DNA of 64,000 nucleotides from Candidatus Brocadiia bacterium (GTDB lineage Bacteria; Planctomycetota; Brocadiia; CAIUPP01): NCBI GenBank assembly GCA_050015075.1, contig JBEKCB010000002.1, positions 184,180 to 248,179 of the forward strand, read 5' to 3'. Shown piece by piece: positions 60,451 to 64,000 of this stretch (position 1 is its first letter; each line of letters starts with the position of its first letter). The notes under the pieces were generated by a model. It saw only the letters and a program-made list of their open reading frames with translations, ran no database searches and was not told where the DNA came from. The position numbers and the translations under genes were made by a program.

Positions 60451-60486
60451 CCCGGTTCGCTCGACGGCAGGCCGAGAGGAACCGAG

Positions 60487-60762
60487 ATGGCGGACCTCAC
60501 AGAGCTTCAGTCCGACCTCGCCGGCGTCAAGGCGACCATCCGCAACATCGTCGCCAATGGCGTCTCGTCCGTGGGTCGGTCGGGGCGCCAGGCAACGGTT
60601 CTCGATCTGCCAGCGCTCCAGCGGCGCGAGAAAGACCTGATGCAGCAGATCGCCGCAGCCCAGGGCGCGTATCAGCCCGTCGGCGTCCGCTTCAAGGAAG
60701 TCCCCGGCGCTGGCGTCACGGCGTTCGACCCGGAACACAACTACATGGGGCCAGGGATATGA
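60487..60762 (+). CDS. Head-tail joining protein (gpW-like)
   Basis: Small helical protein between terminase and portal with a GR......DL..L...E..L pattern. Its stop overlaps the portal ATG. Confidence 0.65.
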   Translation: MADLTELQSDLAGVKATIRNIVANGVSSVGRSGRQATVLDLPALQRREKDLMQQIAAAQGAYQPVGVRFKEVPGAGVTAFDPEHNYMGPGI

Positions 60763-63700
60763 GCAGGCGACTGGAAAACCTGATCGCCTCCGTCGCCCCG
60801 GGCTGGGCCGCCGCCCGCGCCGCCAACCGCCTCCGTCTGAGCTTCTCAGAGCAGAAGGCCGAGGCCATCGCCGAGATGCTCGCGATGGCCGCCCACGACT
60901 CGGCCGAGTACTCGCGCGTCACCGCCGACTGGAACACCCGCCTTCTGTCGAGCGACCAGGCCGTCATCGCCGACCAGCCGACGGCCATCGCCCGCTCGCG
61001 CGATGCCATCCGAAACGACGGGACCGCCGGCAGCATCGTGGACGCCCACGTCCGGCACACCGTCGGGATCGGGATCACGCCCAGGGCGAACGCCCGGCAT
61101 CCGCGCACCGGCGTTCAGCTTCTTGAATTCAACCACGCCGCCGACCGCGTCTGGTATCAGTGGGCGCGCGACAAGAACCTCTGCCACACCGAGCGCCACT
61201 GGAACTTCACCGGCCTCGAAAGCCTGACCGTCCGCGAAGAGGTCACCACCGGCGTCTCGTTCGCCATCTTCAACTACACCCCGCGCGTCAATGACATCGG
61301 CACCCATATCCAGATCGTCGAGTTTGAGCAGCTCGTCGCCTGGCTCGTCAAGAACCCCGACACCGGCTTCTGGATTCGCAACGGCGTCGAGATCGACGAC
61401 TTCGGCGCGCCGGCAGCGCTCTGGGTCTTCACGAAGGGGCATCCGCTCGAATACATCCAGGGCCGCATGGCGTACACGCGCGTCCCCTGGGACCGCGTCC
61501 TCTGTTCCATGAGGCCGGAGCGCGTGCGGCAGTCGCAGGGCATGGGTCGTCTCTCGCCCGTTCTTCAGCCGTTACACCATAACAAGCTCTACGAGCTGTA
61601 TTCGGTCCTCCGCGCGAAGATCGAGTGCATCGCCGGCGCGAGCATCGAGTCCGACCATGACGCGCTGCCGCCGGGTCCGGGGCAGGACCTCTTCGGCGGC
61701 GCGGGTGCGAACAGTCCCGGCGGTCCCTACATGCGGGAGAAGGACATCAGCCTCCAGCCGGGCATGATCGTCCCGCTCGCCCCAGGCCGCACGATGAAGT
61801 TCCACGAGCCGACCACGCCGGGCAGCCAGTACCAGCCCTTCACCCGGACGCAGATCACGAAGATCGCCGCCGGCGCGGGCCTGGATTACCCGACCGTCGC
61901 CCGCGACTTCACCGGCATGACGTACAGCGGACAGCTCCAGGGCCGCCTCGAGACGTGGGCCGAAACCGACCCCGCGCAGCTGCGCCTCGTGGACGACTTC
62001 TGCCGTCCGATCCGGGACAAGGTGATCACGCTGGCGATCCTCGAAGGCCGCCTCGAAGCGCCCGGCTTCGACAACCCGGAATGGCGCGCGGCGTACCTGG
62101 AAGCGGAATGGCGCGGGCCGAAGAAGGGCAGCATCAACCCCGCCAACGACCGCGCCGCCGACAAGATCGCGCTCGACTACAAGCTGACCACGCGCCGCGA
62201 CATCCTCAACGAGGAGAACCTCGACGTGCGCGAGGTCGTCACGCAGCTCTCCGACGAATACCGCATGGGCGCGGAACAAGACCCGCCGGTGAACTTCCCT
62301 GACGCGCAGCCGGACCCGGCGGTCAGTCCGAGCGAGCCGAGGCCGGGCGCGCAGGATGACCGGCAGAAGAAGGGCCTGTCGCTGGCCGCCAACGTGGGCG
62401 AGTTGCTCGACCGGATCGAGAAGCTCGAGCAGGCGAATGTGGCGCTGGCGGCGGGCTGGGACGAGTCGAAACACCCGCGCGTACCCGCAGGTCAAGCCGG
62501 AGGCGGGCAGTTCGGTGAAGGCGGCAAGGGCGCGACGGAGAAATCGAAAGAGGCCCACGGCGCCAGCGCGAAGGCCATGAAGGAATCCGCTGCCGGTGAT
62601 GACAAGGCTGGCGGCGAAGCGTCCCGCGCGGCCGACGACACGCTGGAGTCAAAGGCTGCGGCGGCGATTGGAAAGCGCGAGTGGTGGCACGTTCCGCCTG
62701 AAGATAAATCGGCCTATGCGAAACGGGGCAAGTTCTACTCGTCCAGCTTTGAAGAAGCCGAGTTCTACGGCATTCGCGGCGACGCCAAACCCGAACGCGT
62801 TGAAGTGAATCGCCCGCTCGTCGGCGACGAACTGCACATTGAAAAGACGCTCTTGGGCCGCCATGCATCGGCAGACTTGCCAGATCCGGGCGACAAGGAA
62901 TTCTACAAGGCGAGAACGGACCTCGACCACGAGCTGGCAACCGAAGCGCGGCGGGCGGGGTACGACGCAATCGCGCTGCTGACGCCGAAAGGGTTTGCGG
63001 CGTTTCAGAAAACGGGGCGACTGCCGAAGAGCGTCGAACTGAACACACTTTCCGACGTGGGTGCCGCTGCCGGCCACGTCGAAGCGCTTCCGCTGCCGCC
63101 CAAGGACGCCCCGGAAGAACTGAAGAAGCTCTACCGGGAACGGCAGCGCGCATACACGGCCGCGCGCAAGCCTGGTATTTCCGATGACGAGCGCAAATCT
63201 CACGAAGAGCACGTCGCGGACTTGAAGGCCCAGATCGACAAGGCTCGGAAGGATCACCCGGAGTGGTTCGCCAAGGGGCCGGGCCAGGACAAGCCGCCCG
63301 CCGAGAAGCCCGGAGCGCCTCCTGCAAATCCTCCGGGAGCGAAGACCGCGAAGGGCCTGAAGCAGCAGTTCAAGGAACACCAGGGCAGCAGCCTTCGCTT
63401 CATGCACCTCGACCACGAGGTCGACCCGGATGAGAGGCCTGCGGACTTCGTCAACAAGACCTATTTCGAGATGGCCGACCGGGTGGACGGGGCCTTGACC
63501 GCGACTCGCTCCCAATTCGGGAACGACTTCAAGCTGCGGTGCGAGCGATCCCCGCTGCGGAAGTTGGAGGTGTCCGATGCCGGAACGCTCGTCTACAGGG
63601 GCAAGGACGGCAGGCAACATTCCGATGCCGTGGGCCTATACGACCCGTGGAACAACCACATCACCGTCGCGGCGGCGTACCTCGACCATCGGCAATACGA

Positions 63701-64000
63701 CAGCCCGCGCGTCGGCAGGTGGGTCGTGGACGACACGTTCGAGGGGACGGTCCGGCACGAGTTCGGGCACTACGTCCAGGACCACCTGCTGAGCAATAAA
63801 GAACTGACGCTGTGGATGCAGAAGTTCAACGACGTGGACTTGAACCCCTCTGCCCCCAAGAACGCGATTGCGAAGCACATCTCCAAGTACGCCGCGACGA
63901 GCAGCAAGGAATGCTTCGCGGAATCCTTCTGCGCCTACACGCACCCCGGATACCGGCGCGGAATGCTGCCGCCGGAGTTCGAGGACTTCTTCGACAACCT
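60759..64000 (+). CDS. Lambda-family portal protein fused to ART-like and zincin metallopeptidase domains (3' partial, >1080 aa)
   Basis: Manual translation from ATG 60759 found no stop to the window end. Portal motifs ARSRD..RND, GVE.D..G.P.A, R..Q..G, IAAG.GL.Y..V..D.....YS and W..P....I.P..D. These are followed by WDESKHPR, an ART-like segment and HEFGH...ISKYA...ECFAESF. Confidence 0.85.
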   Translation, partial: MSRRLENLIASVAPGWAAARAANRLRLSFSEQKAEAIAEMLAMAAHDSAEYSRVTADWNTRLLSSDQAVIADQPTAIARSRDAIRNDGTAGSIVDAHVRHTVGIGITPRANARHPRTGVQLLEFNHAADRVWYQWARDKNLCHTERHWNFTGLESLTVREEVTTGVSFAIFNYTPRVNDIGTHIQIVEFEQLVAWLVKNPDTGFWIRNGVEIDDFGAPAALWVFTKGHPLEYIQGRMAYTRVPWDRVLCSMRPERVRQSQGMGRLSPVLQPLHHNKLYELYSVLRAKIECIAGASIESDHDALPPGPGQDLFGGAGANSPGGPYMREKDISLQPGMIVPLAPGRTMKFHEPTTPGSQYQPFTRTQITKIAAGAGLDYPTVARDFTGMTYSGQLQGRLETWAETDPAQLRLVDDFCRPIRDKVITLAILEGRLEAPGFDNPEWRAAYLEAEWRGPKKGSINPANDRAADKIALDYKLTTRRDILNEENLDVREVVTQLSDEYRMGAEQDPPVNFPDAQPDPAVSPSEPRPGAQDDRQKKGLSLAANVGELLDRIEKLEQANVALAAGWDESKHPRVPAGQAGGGQFGEGGKGATEKSKEAHGASAKAMKESAAGDDKAGGEASRAADDTLESKAAAAIGKREWWHVPPEDKSAYAKRGKFYSSSFEEAEFYGIRGDAKPERVEVNRPLVGDELHIEKTLLGRHASADLPDPGDKEFYKARTDLDHELATEARRAGYDAIALLTPKGFAAFQKTGRLPKSVELNTLSDVGAAAGHVEALPLPPKDAPEELKKLYRERQRAYTAARKPGISDDERKSHEEHVADLKAQIDKARKDHPEWFAKGPGQDKPPAEKPGAPPANPPGAKTAKGLKQQFKEHQGSSLRFMHLDHEVDPDERPADFVNKTYFEMADRVDGALTATRSQFGNDFKLRCERSPLRKLEVSDAGTLVYRGKDGRQHSDAVGLYDPWNNHITVAAAYLDHRQYDSPRVGRWVVDDTFEGTVRHEFGHYVQDHLLSNKELTLWMQKFNDVDLNPSAPKNAIAKHISKYAATSSKECFAESFCAYTHPGYRRGMLPPEFEDFFDN

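Noticed and set aside
60846-63944. Short ORFs listed in the track over the portal region
   Set aside because: All overlap the continuous portal-fusion frame starting at 60759.

Overview
GC-rich bacterial chromosome segment; the gene content suggests Planctomycetota/PVC, which is an inference. (1) 1-4.3 kb: end of kdpB, an elongated kdpC, a CLC-CBS channel and a lactonase. (2) 4.3-24.5 kb: an uncharacterised divergent locus. Its leftward arm holds a DUF4838-like protein, two beta-propeller proteins and a non-pyrrolysine MttB. Its rightward arm holds two tandem paralogous membrane proteins, an FtsX permease, two ABC ATPases, a 1578-aa M28-like/FtsX fusion and an OPT-like transporter. (3) 24.6-40.5 kb: a nitrogen-assimilation island on the minus strand (gltD, gltB, glnA, glnK-amtB, a second PII, an APC permease-PII fusion, a porin). 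It has sigma54 promoters, repeated TAC-N6-GTA sites, an AnfA/NifA-like activator and a stand-alone copy of that activator's HTH. (4) Initiator tRNA-Met at 40740-40813, then a prophage that runs off the window. The prophage carries a serine integrase overlapping the tRNA, recombination/replication genes, a Com-like zinc finger upstream of a sigma-like gene whose start is hairpin-occluded, LexA, an iteron-like array, HNH-AP2, terminases, a ParB-methylase and a structured late leader. Its lambda-type portal ORF (>1080 aa, absent from the ORF track) is fused to ADP-ribosyltransferase-like and zinc-metallopeptidase domains. All family assignments come from motif recognition by eye; no database search was run.
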